A DNA stretch of 50,617 bases, from assembly GCA_046757025.1 (NCBI GenBank), contig JBHHXN010000019.1:1-50617 (forward strand), given 5' to 3'. The number at the start of each line of letters is the position of its first letter. Position 1 is the stretch's first letter. The stretch is from a bacterium (GTDB lineage Bacteria > Zhuqueibacterota > Zhuqueibacteria > Oceanimicrobiales > Oceanimicrobiaceae). The notes beneath the pieces are model-generated. The model ran no database searches, had not been told where the DNA came from, and was given only the letters and a program-made list of their open reading frames with translations. Position numbers and translations under genes: made by a program. Below are positions 1 to 10,415 of the stretch, piece after piece.

Positions 1-220
1 AAGTTATTATAAAGAATTAGGTGAATCCAGGTTAAGAAAAATACACTAAAAACCAGTAATTACACAACTGCGAAACTTGAGTTACAAATATCTGTGAAAA
101 CAGTCAGCGATGTTTCAATAGCCGTTAGATCAAATTGCAAGCTGAGACCTTCATTTCAAAGCGATGGCTGTAATTCATTTCGTCAGTTTACAATCTTCAA
201 ACGGCCGCCGCCTGTTTATG

Positions 221-377
221 AGGGTTTGTACCAAAACGACCCAATCTTCCCGAAGCCCTCCTAACCGAGGTTGAATTCCTGTACATCTCGGCGGGGCCGG
301 TCATGAGCTTTGTCGAAGGGATGCCCTCGCGAAGAGGTTGATAAGCCGCGCAATTCTTGAGTTTTTGTGCAGACACG
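221..377. mobile_element. MITE-like element, inverted homolog of 14210..14342
   Basis: Aligns along its length with the reverse complement of 14210..14342 (AAAACGACCC..TCTTCCC..CCGAGG.TGAATTCCTG..CTCGGCGGGG..CGCGAAGAGGTT..GAGTTTT..CAGACAC), with an extra ~24-nt insert. Confidence 0.7.
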
Positions 378-379
378 AA

Positions 380-1729
380 TTATCGAAATCCTCCAAATGA
401 AGCCGAAACGATCACCGGCGTACGATGAATCATGTTGCCGAGATAGCCCTTTGGATTCCAGGGCTGTTTAAACGGCTGTGCCAGGCCCTGGCTATCAAAT
501 GCCCGGGACCAGATTTCATAGTATCCCGCCCGGAAAAATGAAATTTCTCTTTTCCAATTATGCCAGGCAAATCGATTGCGCGCATTCATGAGTCGGGCTG
601 GCTGCCAATGCTGACCGAAATCCGTGGAAATCATCACTCTCTCCACGCGACTCTCTCCGGCCCAGGCGTGTCCGTGCACGGTGATTTTAGCAGCTATTTT
701 GAATTCCTGCAAAGCCTGCGGCCGGGTGATCATCGATTTTATCTTGAGTGACGTAGCGATGATCATGTCCGATGCCGGCGGTTTGCTGCCAGCCGCCAAA
801 GGGTAAGCCGGTAGACGGTAGGAATACCCGCTCATCTTTTCGGAATCGTGCACTTTATCTCTTATCCAGATGCGGTTGAGCCATTTTTGCATGCTGCTGC
901 CTATCCATCCAGGCACGATCAGTCGCACAGGAAAACCGTGCTCTGCAGGTAAAGGTTGACCGTTCATCTTGAAGGCAATGATCGTATTTTCATCCAGGGC
1001 CTTTTCGATGGGGATGCCTCGGGAAAAAGGCTCGTGCTTACCGTGAGGCGGGTCTTCGCCAAAATGCCCGGTGTAAACAGCGGTATCCTTGAGCTCGGCT
1101 TTTGCCAGCACATCGCGCAGGCGCACGCCGGTCCAGGTACTGCAAGCCACGGCGCCGCTAAGCCAGGAAGTTTCTTCGATTTCCGGTATAAAATTGGAGC
1201 GCCCGTTTCCGGCACATTCGATGACGAAATCTCTTGTGACCAGTGGGAACTTCTGCAAATCTTCGTAAGTGAGCTGCAATCGGTTGTGGACTTCCCCATG
1301 GATCAGCAAATGCCAATTCTGCAGATCTTTTTTCCGGGCGCGCTCGGGCTCGAGTCCGTTGTTGCGCACGAAATGACAGTGGCTGGGCGTGGTGGCCTCG
1401 TCCAGCAAATGCAGTGAATATTCTGTATTATACGGTCGTTGTTCGTGGACGATTTTACCATTTTTTCCATAGATAAAACGAAGAATGTTGGTCCACACTA
1501 CGGGCAGCAAACCTCTTCCGAATAAACCGTTGCAAACTGTGGTGGCAGCGTTTCCAAATATGTTATGGGCTGCTGTAAAGCCGGCGTTTGTCATACGGTG
1601 CAAAAGACGCTCGTCAGAAATGGCCCGATCAAATCGCTGCAATTCCTCATCGCAATCCTCTGCGGCGGCAAGCGAGGTACGACATTGGCGCCAATCAAAT
1701 GGTTGCTGTAAAAGTGCCTGATCTTTCAT
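380..1729 (-). CDS. Sulfite oxidase family molybdoenzyme (SorA/SorT/SoxC-like)
   Basis: HFVRNN, ECAGNGR (Mo-ligand Cys), WTGVRLRDVL, HGFPVRLIVPGWIG..KWL, C-terminal dimerisation domain ending QP..WNPKGY. Confidence 0.9.
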   Translation of the reverse strand: MKDQALLQQPFDWRQCRTSLAAAEDCDEELQRFDRAISDERLLHRMTNAGFTAAHNIFGNAATTVCNGLFGRGLLPVVWTNILRFIYGKNGKIVHEQRPYNTEYSLHLLDEATTPSHCHFVRNNGLEPERARKKDLQNWHLLIHGEVHNRLQLTYEDLQKFPLVTRDFVIECAGNGRSNFIPEIEETSWLSGAVACSTWTGVRLRDVLAKAELKDTAVYTGHFGEDPPHGKHEPFSRGIPIEKALDENTIIAFKMNGQPLPAEHGFPVRLIVPGWIGSSMQKWLNRIWIRDKVHDSEKMSGYSYRLPAYPLAAGSKPPASDMIIATSLKIKSMITRPQALQEFKIAAKITVHGHAWAGESRVERVMISTDFGQHWQPARLMNARNRFAWHNWKREISFFRAGYYEIWSRAFDSQGLAQPFKQPWNPKGYLGNMIHRTPVIVSASFGGFR

Positions 1730-2180
1730 TGATGGATAAATCCTGATGATTAGGTTAATTCACAAAAACGCGGCTACAGAATGAAGGAAACTGAAAATTT
1801 CATAAGAATAAAAAATCCAGAAGCCATCTCATATTAAACAAAATTTGAAGATGTGATTGCGCAGAAGATCTGGCCTATCACTGTTTTGGAGGCTCGATAC
1901 TTTATTCTGAATGTATGGGATCATCCGGTAACGAATATAACATTGAGTTTAATGTAATCATTCCCTCAAAAATCAAATTTATGCTTTATTTTACTTTCCT
2001 GGCAGGACATAATCTGAATTATGCTCAATCACGGTTTAATTTCTTGATACCACTTGTCCATTCTGCCTGCTAAGATTGTTTCATAATGATAAATCTCATC
2101 AAAGTTATTTAAAATTTGACTATCCTCTTTGAATTTACTAATTTCTGAGCAATCGATAATAACAATTTGAAAAGAACAAC

Positions 2181-5100
2181 TTGATGCAACACGCGCTCTT
2201 GTTTTGGTTTCTTGTTTTTCCCGGCCTGCTACTTGCTCAAAACAATCAGATAAGAATCAATCGAATTGCTCACGAACAAGGCCTTTCGCAAAGTACGGTG
2301 CTCTGTGCCCTCCAGGACCGTCATGGTTTTATGTGGTTCGGCACTCAGGATGGCCTGAATCGCTACGACGGCTACCATTTCAAAATTTACAAACACCGCA
2401 CTGGTGACGCAAACAGTTTGAGCGAAAATTGGGTGTGGACAATTTTTGAAGACAGCGCAGGACATCTCTGGATCGGCACGTTCGGCGGCGGCGTTTGCCG
2501 TTTTGACCCGCAAACCGAATCCTTTACCACCTACCGGCACGACGCGAAAGATGCCAACAGTCTAAGCAACGACACGGTTTGGTCGATTTGCGAAAGCACT
2601 CCGGGCACGCTGTGGGTGGGCACCAACGACGGGTTGAACCAGTTTCATTTAGAATCCAATACTTTTTCATACTACAAACCACCCGGTGATCAATCCAACA
2701 TTTTTCGAATTGTAAACGGCCAGCCCGAAAAACTGTGGATATTAACTGCAAGCGGATTAGCTGAATTCGATCTGTCCGCTCAGAATTTTCTTTTCCATCC
2801 CTTGCCCAAACTCGAAAGCGATAGCCCGCCGCGGATTCTGCGTAATCTGACCAAAGGCCACGCTGGTATATTATGGCTGGGAACAGACTGCGGTCTTTTT
2901 CGTTTTGACACAGCTACCCAAAAATATGATCATTATACGCACCATCCAGATATGCTGCAATCCAGCCTCCCGAGCAACTACATTTCCGCGATTTATGAAG
3001 ATGCCGACGGGGTTTTGTGGGCAGGAACCCGCAGCCAGGGTCTTTCTCTGCTGCAATTTGACGGAACGAAACTGCAAAGCGTGCAGAGAATCAAACACGA
3101 TCCACTGAATCTGTTCAGCATAAGTCATGATTACGTGTTTTCGATTTATGAAAGTAACGGCGGCGTAGTCTGGATCGGCACGCGCGATGGCCTGAATCGA
3201 TTTGACCGGCATAATCAAAAATTTGCCCTGTATCAGGCTTCGCCACAAAAAGCTAACGGTATCAGCCACAAAAATGTTTTGCCGATTGTGGCTTCGCGCC
3301 AGGAAGACGGCGTTCTCTGGGTAGGAACCTACGACGGCCTCAACCGATTGCATCTTTCGACCGGCAGCGTCAAACAATACAAGAGCGAACCAAAAAATCC
3401 CGAAGGTAGCCTCGCCAGCAGTTACATTCTCTCGCTTCTGGAAGACGACCACGGCAATCTCTGGGTGGGAACCCGCGGCGGCCTCACCCGAATGCATTTC
3501 GACGCCGGCCGGGCCACTTTTCGTCATTTTCGCTTTCATCCGGACGATACCACGAGTCTCAGCAACGATAACATTCACTGCTTATATGAAGACCGAGCCG
3601 GCGACTTGTGGATTGGCACCGGCGGCGGAGGGCTCTGTCGATTCAACGAACAAAACGGCCGTTTTACACGTTTCCGGTTTACCGCCAATCAACCTGGCAG
3701 CACAGTGGATCCGTTTGTATTTGCCATCCTCGAAGATCGCAACGGGCGGTTCTGGCTTGGAACCGCTGCGGGCGGCTTATATCTGGTTGATCGCGCCAGC
3801 GGCCGCTTCAGGCAATTTTCGAACGAACCGGACAACCTCGGCAGTCTCAGCAACAACCGTGTGCTGTGCCTGATGGAAACCCGCTCCGGCGACATCTGGA
3901 TCGGTACGGCTGCCGGGCTGAACAAGTTGATGCCGCCGGATTCCTCAAACGGCGAATTTACTTTCATCCAGTATCACGAAACCGACGGGCTGCCCAACGA
4001 CGTGATCTACGGCATTCTGGAAGACGATGGCGGTCATCTCTGGATCAGCACCAACCACGGGCTGGCGAAAGTGACGCCCACGGCCACGCAATTGCAAGTA
4101 CGCACATACACCGCAGATGACGGGCTGCAAAGTCTGGAATTTAATCACAACTCTTTTCACAAAGACCGCCATGGTCGAATGTATTTTGGCGGAGTCAACG
4201 GCTTCAACGCCTTCCATCCGGACAGCCTGAAAGATAATCTGTTTCCTCCACCGGTGGTGATCACGGACTTTAAAATACTAAATCAATCGCAACCGCTGAC
4301 TTCCGATGAGATCACCCTTTCGTATAACGATTACATGTTGTCTTTTGAATTTGCGGCGCTGAACTTCACCCTGCCCCAGAAGAATCAATATGCATATATA
4401 ATGGAAGGATTTGATGAAGATTGGATTTATTGCGGTACGCGCAGATTTGCCACCTACACTAACCTGGATGCCGGCAAGTATCGATTTCGCGTGAAAGCCA
4501 GCAACAACGATGGCGTGTGGAACGAAGAAGGCGTTTCGGTTGCCATCAATATCAAGCCGCCGCCGTGGAAAACCTGGTGGGCGTATGGATTGTACGGACT
4601 GCTATTTCTTGCCAGTGTGGGGGGCGTTATCCGTTACCAGATTCGTTTGCACGAAAAAGAAATGGCCGCCCGAGCAGATATCGAACGCGCCAAAAGCGAG
4701 GAGCGCGAACGCGTGCGCAAGAAAAGCTCGGCCGATTTTCACGACGAAGCCGGCCATCTGATCACCCGCATTTCTCTGTTTATCGAATTGGTGAAAAGAA
4801 AAACCGGCAACGATGTAAACTTGGCGGAGTACGTTAACAAAATTGAAGAAAATATCAAAGCCCTTTCCAGCGGGATGCGGGACTTCATTTGGGGTCTGGA
4901 CCCGGCCAAAGATTCCTTGTATGACACGCTGCTTCGCCTGAAAGATCTCGGCAACACCCTGTTTCTGCACAGCGACATACATTTCCATGCAGGAAGCATT
5001 AAGTCGTCATTTAAAGAGTCGATCCTGCCCATGGATTTCCGACGGGCGATCATGTTTATCTTTAAAGAAGCCATGAACAATTGTCTGAAACACTCCGCTG

Positions 5101-5309
5101 CGGACTCTGCCTTTTTAAGGATGGAATATGAAGAAAACGAACTCGTCATCACCTTCGAGGACGATGGCAGTGGAACAGCTAAAGCTGAAAACAGTGACAG
5201 CTACGGACTGAAAAATATGAACGCCCGCGCTGAAATGATCGGCGCGGAACTGGAGATTCATTCCAATTCTGGAATGGGAACAATAATCACTCTGAGGATG
5301 AAATTGTGA
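2181..5309 (+). CDS. Membrane sensor histidine kinase: periplasmic beta-propeller repeats, Y_Y_Y domain, HisKA_3/HATPase
   Basis: Signal peptide; many 'LWIGT..GL' Reg_prop repeats; YTNLDAGKYRFRVKASNNDGVW; TM after PPPWKTWWAY; DFHDEAG H-box; KEAMNNCLKHS N-box; DDGSG; GMGT. Confidence 0.93.
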   Translation: MMQHALLFWFLVFPGLLLAQNNQIRINRIAHEQGLSQSTVLCALQDRHGFMWFGTQDGLNRYDGYHFKIYKHRTGDANSLSENWVWTIFEDSAGHLWIGTFGGGVCRFDPQTESFTTYRHDAKDANSLSNDTVWSICESTPGTLWVGTNDGLNQFHLESNTFSYYKPPGDQSNIFRIVNGQPEKLWILTASGLAEFDLSAQNFLFHPLPKLESDSPPRILRNLTKGHAGILWLGTDCGLFRFDTATQKYDHYTHHPDMLQSSLPSNYISAIYEDADGVLWAGTRSQGLSLLQFDGTKLQSVQRIKHDPLNLFSISHDYVFSIYESNGGVVWIGTRDGLNRFDRHNQKFALYQASPQKANGISHKNVLPIVASRQEDGVLWVGTYDGLNRLHLSTGSVKQYKSEPKNPEGSLASSYILSLLEDDHGNLWVGTRGGLTRMHFDAGRATFRHFRFHPDDTTSLSNDNIHCLYEDRAGDLWIGTGGGGLCRFNEQNGRFTRFRFTANQPGSTVDPFVFAILEDRNGRFWLGTAAGGLYLVDRASGRFRQFSNEPDNLGSLSNNRVLCLMETRSGDIWIGTAAGLNKLMPPDSSNGEFTFIQYHETDGLPNDVIYGILEDDGGHLWISTNHGLAKVTPTATQLQVRTYTADDGLQSLEFNHNSFHKDRHGRMYFGGVNGFNAFHPDSLKDNLFPPPVVITDFKILNQSQPLTSDEITLSYNDYMLSFEFAALNFTLPQKNQYAYIMEGFDEDWIYCGTRRFATYTNLDAGKYRFRVKASNNDGVWNEEGVSVAINIKPPPWKTWWAYGLYGLLFLASVGGVIRYQIRLHEKEMAARADIERAKSEERERVRKKSSADFHDEAGHLITRISLFIELVKRKTGNDVNLAEYVNKIEENIKALSSGMRDFIWGLDPAKDSLYDTLLRLKDLGNTLFLHSDIHFHAGSIKSSFKESILPMDFRRAIMFIFKEAMNNCLKHSAADSAFLRMEYEENELVITFEDDGSGTAKAENSDSYGLKNMNARAEMIGAELEIHSNSGMGTIITLRMKL

Positions 5310-5369
5310 CTACTCACGCAAAGTCGGGCAAATGATAACATTTTTCAAGAAGAAAAGGTTATGACAAAT

Positions 5370-5415
5370 ATCCCACAAATGGGTGATTGTATTCACAAAA
5401 TACTTTTTGTACATT
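5370..5415 (+). promoter_or_regulatory. Putative response-regulator site abutting a sigma70-type promoter (TTGTAT-17-TACATT)
   Basis: ATCCCACAAATGGGTGATTG matches 6126..6145 at 16/20; -35 at 5387-5392, -10 at 5410-5415. Confidence 0.5.
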
Positions 5416-5422
5416 CGCAAAT

Positions 5423-6052
5423 ATGAGCCGTGAAGAAATTTCAGTTGCCGTGGTGGAAGACGACCGCGAAATCCGCCAGTTGCTGACGCTAATTATTGAC
5501 AGCTCACCGGGATTTTCCTGCAAGCAGTCGTTCAATGATTGCGAAACCGCGATTCCCGCCATTGAGAAGAATCCACCCGACGTGGTGCTGATGGATATCG
5601 ACCTGCCCGGCATGTCCGGCATCGAAGGCGTCAAGCGGTTGAAAGTCAAGCTGCCGGACACCGATTTCATCATGCTGACCATCAAAGAGGATGACGACTC
5701 CATATTCGACTCCATTTGTGCGGGTGCCACGGGCTATCTGGTGAAAGACATGCCGCCGGCAGACTTGCTGCAGGCTATTAAAGACGTGTACGCCGGCGGC
5801 TCGCCCATGAGCGCTAACATCGCGCGCCGGATCGTCACCTCGTTTAAAAAAAATACCCAATCACCCCTCACTCCCCGGGAAACAGAAATCATGCAAAAAC
5901 TATGCGACGGCGACAATTACAAAACCATCGCCGAATCGCTCTTTATCAGCGGCGACACCGTGCGCGCTCATATAAAGAATATCTACCGTAAACTCCATGT
6001 CAGCTCCCGCGCCGAAATGGTAAAAAAAGCCATTCGAGATCGCCTCATTTAA
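5423..6052 (+). CDS. NarL/FixJ-family DNA-binding response regulator
   Basis: VVEDD, DVVLMDIDLPGMSG, GATGYLVK receiver motifs; LTPRETEI...TVRAHIKNIYRKLHV LuxR HTH; ATG at 5423. Confidence 0.95.
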   Translation: MSREEISVAVVEDDREIRQLLTLIIDSSPGFSCKQSFNDCETAIPAIEKNPPDVVLMDIDLPGMSGIEGVKRLKVKLPDTDFIMLTIKEDDDSIFDSICAGATGYLVKDMPPADLLQAIKDVYAGGSPMSANIARRIVTSFKKNTQSPLTPRETEIMQKLCDGDNYKTIAESLFISGDTVRAHIKNIYRKLHVSSRAEMVKKAIRDRLI

Positions 6053-6125
6053 TCCGCTCACCAACACAACATTCCAATCATTCCTATCACACAACCTTCT
6101 CATCCCATCTAAATCCAGGTGCAAA

Positions 6126-6170
6126 ATACCGCACATGGGTAATTGATTTTCCAGGTAAAAAATTTATATT
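6126..6170 (+). promoter_or_regulatory. Second copy of the putative response-regulator site with promoter (TTGATT-16-TATATT)
   Basis: ATACCGCACATGGGTAATTG; same position relative to a -35 box as at 5370. Confidence 0.5.
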
Positions 6171-6258
6171 CAGACAAAGTCATCTTTTTTTATTTGTTTC
6201 AGATTTAATTGCCAATTATCTGAAACTTTTGCAACTCACTACCCTAAAAGGAGGCAAC

Positions 6259-7137
6259 ATGAAATCTTTTTACAATTTTTTTATCTCGTTTCTATTTGTT
6301 TTGAGTTCTGCATTATTTGCTCAAAATCCCATCCCCAATCCGAGTTTTGAAAACTGGAGCAACGGCAACCCGCAAAGCTGGGCAACAACAAATGTCCAGG
6401 GAACGGTTACCAACGTCACGCAATCAAACACGGCCCACGGCGGCTCTTCGGCGGTTAAAGGTGAGGTAGTCAATTTCAATGGAATTCCTTTTGCAGCATC
6501 GATTTTTGCCGGCGTGAGCCCCAATTTGCCTTTTCCGGTAACTCAAAATTACGCGAAACTGACCGGGTTCTATCAGTTTGAACGTGCCTCAGGGACAGAC
6601 ATTCTTGGAATCACAGCCAACCTTTTTGATTTAAATTTCGCTCTGGTAGCTATCGGTATCGATACTCTTACCACGACAAACGGTTCGTATGAGCGGTTTG
6701 AAGTAGTAATGAATTACTCCGCTGGCTCGAGCATCGCTGATGCGGCCTTCGCTTCCATCCAGTTTACCATCGGCGGCCAGGGTACGATCGCCTTAGGCAC
6801 GTTTTTTCTGGTGGATGACCTGCAGTTTGAAGGCCTGGCAACCAGCGTCGCCGAACAGCAGGCACCCATTCCAGATGCCTTCGCTTTACAGCAAAATTAC
6901 CCGAATCCATTTAATCCTTCAACCACCTTTGCTTTCACCATTCCGGTGGCCGCGAACGTGAAATTAACTGTATTCGATCTCCTCGGTCGGGAAGTGGCGC
7001 GCGTGCTGGATGAGCACCTGCCTGCCGGTGATCACCGCATTCAGTGGCAACCGCAGAATTTGACCAGTAGCGCTTATTTCTACAAATTGCAAGCGGGCAA
7101 ATTTACCAGCGTCAAAAAACTCTTATTGTTAAAATAG
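6259..7137 (+). CDS. Secreted protein: carbohydrate-binding-like domain plus T9SS-type C-terminal sorting domain
   Basis: RBS AGGAGG; signal peptide; IPNPSFENW N-terminal motif; QNYPNPFNP...KKLLLLK. Confidence 0.85.
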   Translation: MKSFYNFFISFLFVLSSALFAQNPIPNPSFENWSNGNPQSWATTNVQGTVTNVTQSNTAHGGSSAVKGEVVNFNGIPFAASIFAGVSPNLPFPVTQNYAKLTGFYQFERASGTDILGITANLFDLNFALVAIGIDTLTTTNGSYERFEVVMNYSAGSSIADAAFASIQFTIGGQGTIALGTFFLVDDLQFEGLATSVAEQQAPIPDAFALQQNYPNPFNPSTTFAFTIPVAANVKLTVFDLLGREVARVLDEHLPAGDHRIQWQPQNLTSSAYFYKLQAGKFTSVKKLLLLK

Positions 7138-7172
7138 TTAATTCGATAATTTAACCCAAAAGGCAAAACACC

Positions 7173-7619
7173 ATGAAAAAAACAATCACCGTTCTGTTTC
7201 TCGTTTTGACTGTGATGGCCGCCGCTTGCAGTAGCGGTTCATCTGAATCGAAAGACGAGAAAACTGCCAGCAAAAGCACTAAATTCGCCCTCGTCGGCAC
7301 CTGGAACGCAAAAGAGTTGAGTTATGTCAGCAAGAAAGATCGCAACCGCACTCAGGACATCAAGAAAATGCTCAACGCCTCCATCACCATGACCATTCAA
7401 GCCAATGGCCATTACAGCTACAAAGTGAATATGATGGGGATGACCAAAACCGAATCCGGCACCATGAAACGCGATGGCAATCGCATTATCATGGACAATC
7501 CGGATTTCAAAATGACCCTCGCCGGAAAAACCCTGACCCTGACCAACGACAACCAGTCCTGGGATTTTGGGCAAGGCAAAGAACCGGCCCTATCCAAAGC
7601 GGTTTTTGTGCGGAAATAG
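7173..7619 (+). CDS. Lipocalin-like lipoprotein
   Basis: Lipobox AAAC; LVGTW lipocalin-like motif. Confidence 0.75.
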   Translation: MKKTITVLFLVLTVMAAACSSGSSESKDEKTASKSTKFALVGTWNAKELSYVSKKDRNRTQDIKKMLNASITMTIQANGHYSYKVNMMGMTKTESGTMKRDGNRIIMDNPDFKMTLAGKTLTLTNDNQSWDFGQGKEPALSKAVFVRK

Positions 7620-7772
7620 CCCTGACTGAGTGTCGAAAGCGGCAAGCTTCGGAGCACATTTTCAGGCAGGAATATTTGTACACGAGAAGTCAAAACTCCT
7701 GAATTTGTTTTAAAGAAATTTCTTTACAATTTTCGCATAAAATGCAAATCAGTCACAAAACTGGAGAAAATT

Positions 7773-8747
7773 ATGAAGTGGTTTTTGAGTATCCTTTCAC
7801 TGTTGATGCTATCCAATTCAGCCATCATGGCACAAAAAGACGTGCCGGGCAGCCAAGACCATCCGTTGATCACGCGCTATCCCGGTTCGGTCATTCGCTG
7901 GTACGATGTGGAAGCCTACACTGAGTTCAAACTGCCGGTGGGTGCGGTAACGGGCTACCGTCACATCGACAAGTGGCTGGAGCTTCACGGTAAGCTCACC
8001 CGCATTTACTACGTTTTAAACGGCGACAAAACCGTGGCCGAAGTGTACGCCAATTATCTCAAAGCCATCACCAACGCCCGATTTGAAGTGCTGGCCAAAA
8101 ACCTATTCACCCAAAACAACACAGCCAAACAGGTAGGTGGCGGCACCTGGTTGGTCACCGCCTATAAGGATCGCCTCCCCAACAGCGCCGGCGTCCAGAT
8201 CACACAGGGCAGTGCCACCAAAGGCGGCACCTGTTACATCGCGGGCAAACTTTCCCGTCCACAGGGCACGGTGTACCTAAGCCTGGCTGGCTCCCAGTTC
8301 ACAAAAGACCAGGTTTTGTTCCTGCTGGATATTCTTGAAGTCGATAAAGTCGAAGACGATCTCCTCAAAGTGGACGCCGAAGCCATGTCCAAAGATCTCG
8401 ACACCTATGGAAAAGTCGCGCTGTACGGCATCTATTTTGATTACGATAAAGCAACCATCAAAGCCCAGTCAAAATCAGCGCTTGATGAAATCGCCAAACT
8501 CCTTAAAAAACGGTCACGACTGCAGCTGTACGTCGTTGGGCACACGGACATGAAAGGCCGCCTGGAATACAATACCCATCTTTCGCAAAAGCGCGCCGAG
8601 GCCGTGGTGGCCGCGCTGGTTAACCAGTACGGAATCCACGCTGCTCGACTCACGCCGCGAGGCGTCGGGCCGCTGGTTCCCGTGATGTCGAACCAAAACG
8701 ACAAAGGCCGAGCGAAAAATCGCCGGGTGGAATTGGTTGAAAAATGA
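7773..8747 (+). CDS. OmpA-family peptidoglycan-binding protein with DUF4892-like N-terminal domain
   Basis: Signal peptide; DVPGSQDHPLITRYPGS; GIYFDYDKA, VVGHTD, LSQKRAEAV, GRAKNRRVELV. Confidence 0.9.
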   Translation: MKWFLSILSLLMLSNSAIMAQKDVPGSQDHPLITRYPGSVIRWYDVEAYTEFKLPVGAVTGYRHIDKWLELHGKLTRIYYVLNGDKTVAEVYANYLKAITNARFEVLAKNLFTQNNTAKQVGGGTWLVTAYKDRLPNSAGVQITQGSATKGGTCYIAGKLSRPQGTVYLSLAGSQFTKDQVLFLLDILEVDKVEDDLLKVDAEAMSKDLDTYGKVALYGIYFDYDKATIKAQSKSALDEIAKLLKKRSRLQLYVVGHTDMKGRLEYNTHLSQKRAEAVVAALVNQYGIHAARLTPRGVGPLVPVMSNQNDKGRAKNRRVELVEK

Positions 8748-8831
8748 GCCGCTACGGTAAAATCGCGGACAGTTTTAGCCGGACTCGAAAGTACTTGCGC
8801 GAACACGTTTATCCGGCGAAAACACCTAATG

Positions 8832-8980
8832 AGTGTCCATCCGTAATCGTCATTCCCGAGTGCTCCCTGCTTACAACATGCAGGGACAAGCTCATCGGGA
8901 ATCTCGTGCCTAACGGAACAATGGATTCCCGCTTAAAGATTGCGGGAAGGACAAAAAAAGGTTCTTTACGGATGGACACC
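8832..8980. mobile_element. MITE-like element (AGTGTCCATCCG family), copy 1
   Basis: TIR GTGTCCATCCGTAA/TTACGGATGGACAC; near-identical to 17081..17228 and, inverted, 36888..37035; flanks AATG/AATT. Confidence 0.85.
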
Positions 8981-9073
8981 AATTATTTTGAAACGATTTC
9001 AACACGTTCTCGTTTTCCAAATTCATAACGACCGATTAGTTGAGCAATTCCAAAATCAGAAAAGGAGCTGAAC

Positions 9074-9992
9074 ATGCGAACAATGAAATGGCACAAGCTA
9101 TTAGGAAACGTAATTTTATTGCTGTGCCTAACCTCCATTGTGTAGGCCCAAGCACCTGTATTCAACGACATCTTGTGGGAATTCGACTCCAAAGGTTGAG
9201 TGTTTGTCACACCTGAAGTTTCAGGAGAGCTGCTGTATGTAGGTTCGTGTTCGGGCAAGTTTTATGCTCTTGACACGGTAAGCGGCGAAATGGTCTGGCG
9301 CTACGACATCCAGCAAGACGGCGACCAGACCCGATTTCCGGCCAGCGCATCTGGCGCTTTCAGGGTGAGGTCGAAGGCAGCGTCCCACGTTTGATGACGC
9401 GGTCGCCGGCGTTATCTGGTGACCGAATCTTTTTCGGCGGCAGAGCTGGCAACATTTACGCCCTGTCAAAGAAAACGGTGAACTGCTTTGGACACGCGAA
9501 ATCGGCGCCAGCATTTCGACTTCGGTGGTGGCTGACGAGGAAAGCATTTATTTTGGCGCAGCCGACAACACCCTCTATCGAGCTTCACAAAATAGCGGTA
9601 AAATAACGGCCAGCCATGCAACAGAAAGAATTCCCGTCGGTCGCCAGACCCTTTCTTCAAATGACATTTTTGTTTTTTTGAGTCAAGATATCATCATGGG
9701 CCAAGGACAAGGACGAGGAGAAATACTGTTGGCCATGGATAAATCCCTGAGTCAAATCCGGTGGCAGCTCGAACCCGATTTCAAGTGGACCGCCACCAAA
9801 TCTTATCTTTGGAATCAGTTTTTGTTGACCGGCACCGAGTACGGTGAAGTGATCGCGTACGTCACAGATAACGGTTCGGAAAAATGGCGAGTGCAAACTT
9901 CGGGTGCGGTGCGTTCCATCGGCCGCAACGGGAACACGTTGTTTGTTGGCACGCTGGAGGGATATGTGTTTGCGGTCAAGGTGGGAAAGTGA
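9074..9992 (+). pseudogene. PQQ-like (BamB-type) beta-propeller protein, disrupted
   Basis: RBS AAGGAG plus ATG at 9074, signal peptide; in-frame TAG 9143, TGA 9197, frame break ~9337 and again ~9476; propeller motifs (YALD..SGE..WR, IYAL..GELLW, AY..NGSEKW) continue across frames. Confidence 0.8.
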
Positions 9993-10415
9993 TAGGTGCC
10001 TTTTGACCATTTTTATCCTGCAAGTTTTGTTGAAATCCGATTGCTCTGTGATTATCTTTTCGAATTCAAAGTGGTCTGGATTAGTTGTTTAATATGATCC
10101 GGCTGATTGAATTTATGATTAATTGCTTGACAGGTAATGATCATATGGTTATATTGTTCCCTGACTATACTACCTCGCTTTAAACAAAATTTATATAAAA
10201 TTCTGCCCTTCTGTGCAGGGTTCAAATAGCCGTCTTTGAATCCAAATTCGATTTCATAATAAGAAGTCGATCCGCTAACTTTCCTTCAAACAGAACATAG
10301 ATTCATCATAGATTTCTGGTTTCAAACCAGTTGCCGGTCAGACATCTAAAGCTGGTAAAAACTGCTTTTTTTTTACCGCACATTTCCTAAATCATAATTT
10401 AATTCATAATTCACA

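Noticed and set aside
1..220. Possible 3' end of a gene at the window start
   Set aside because: Too short to assign a frame or product
8744..9028. Similar short ORFs at 8744..9028, 17029..17349 and 19280..19483 (VIPECSLL..CRDKL / SLSLHV.SRE)
   Set aside because: Translations of the repeated MITE, not a protein family
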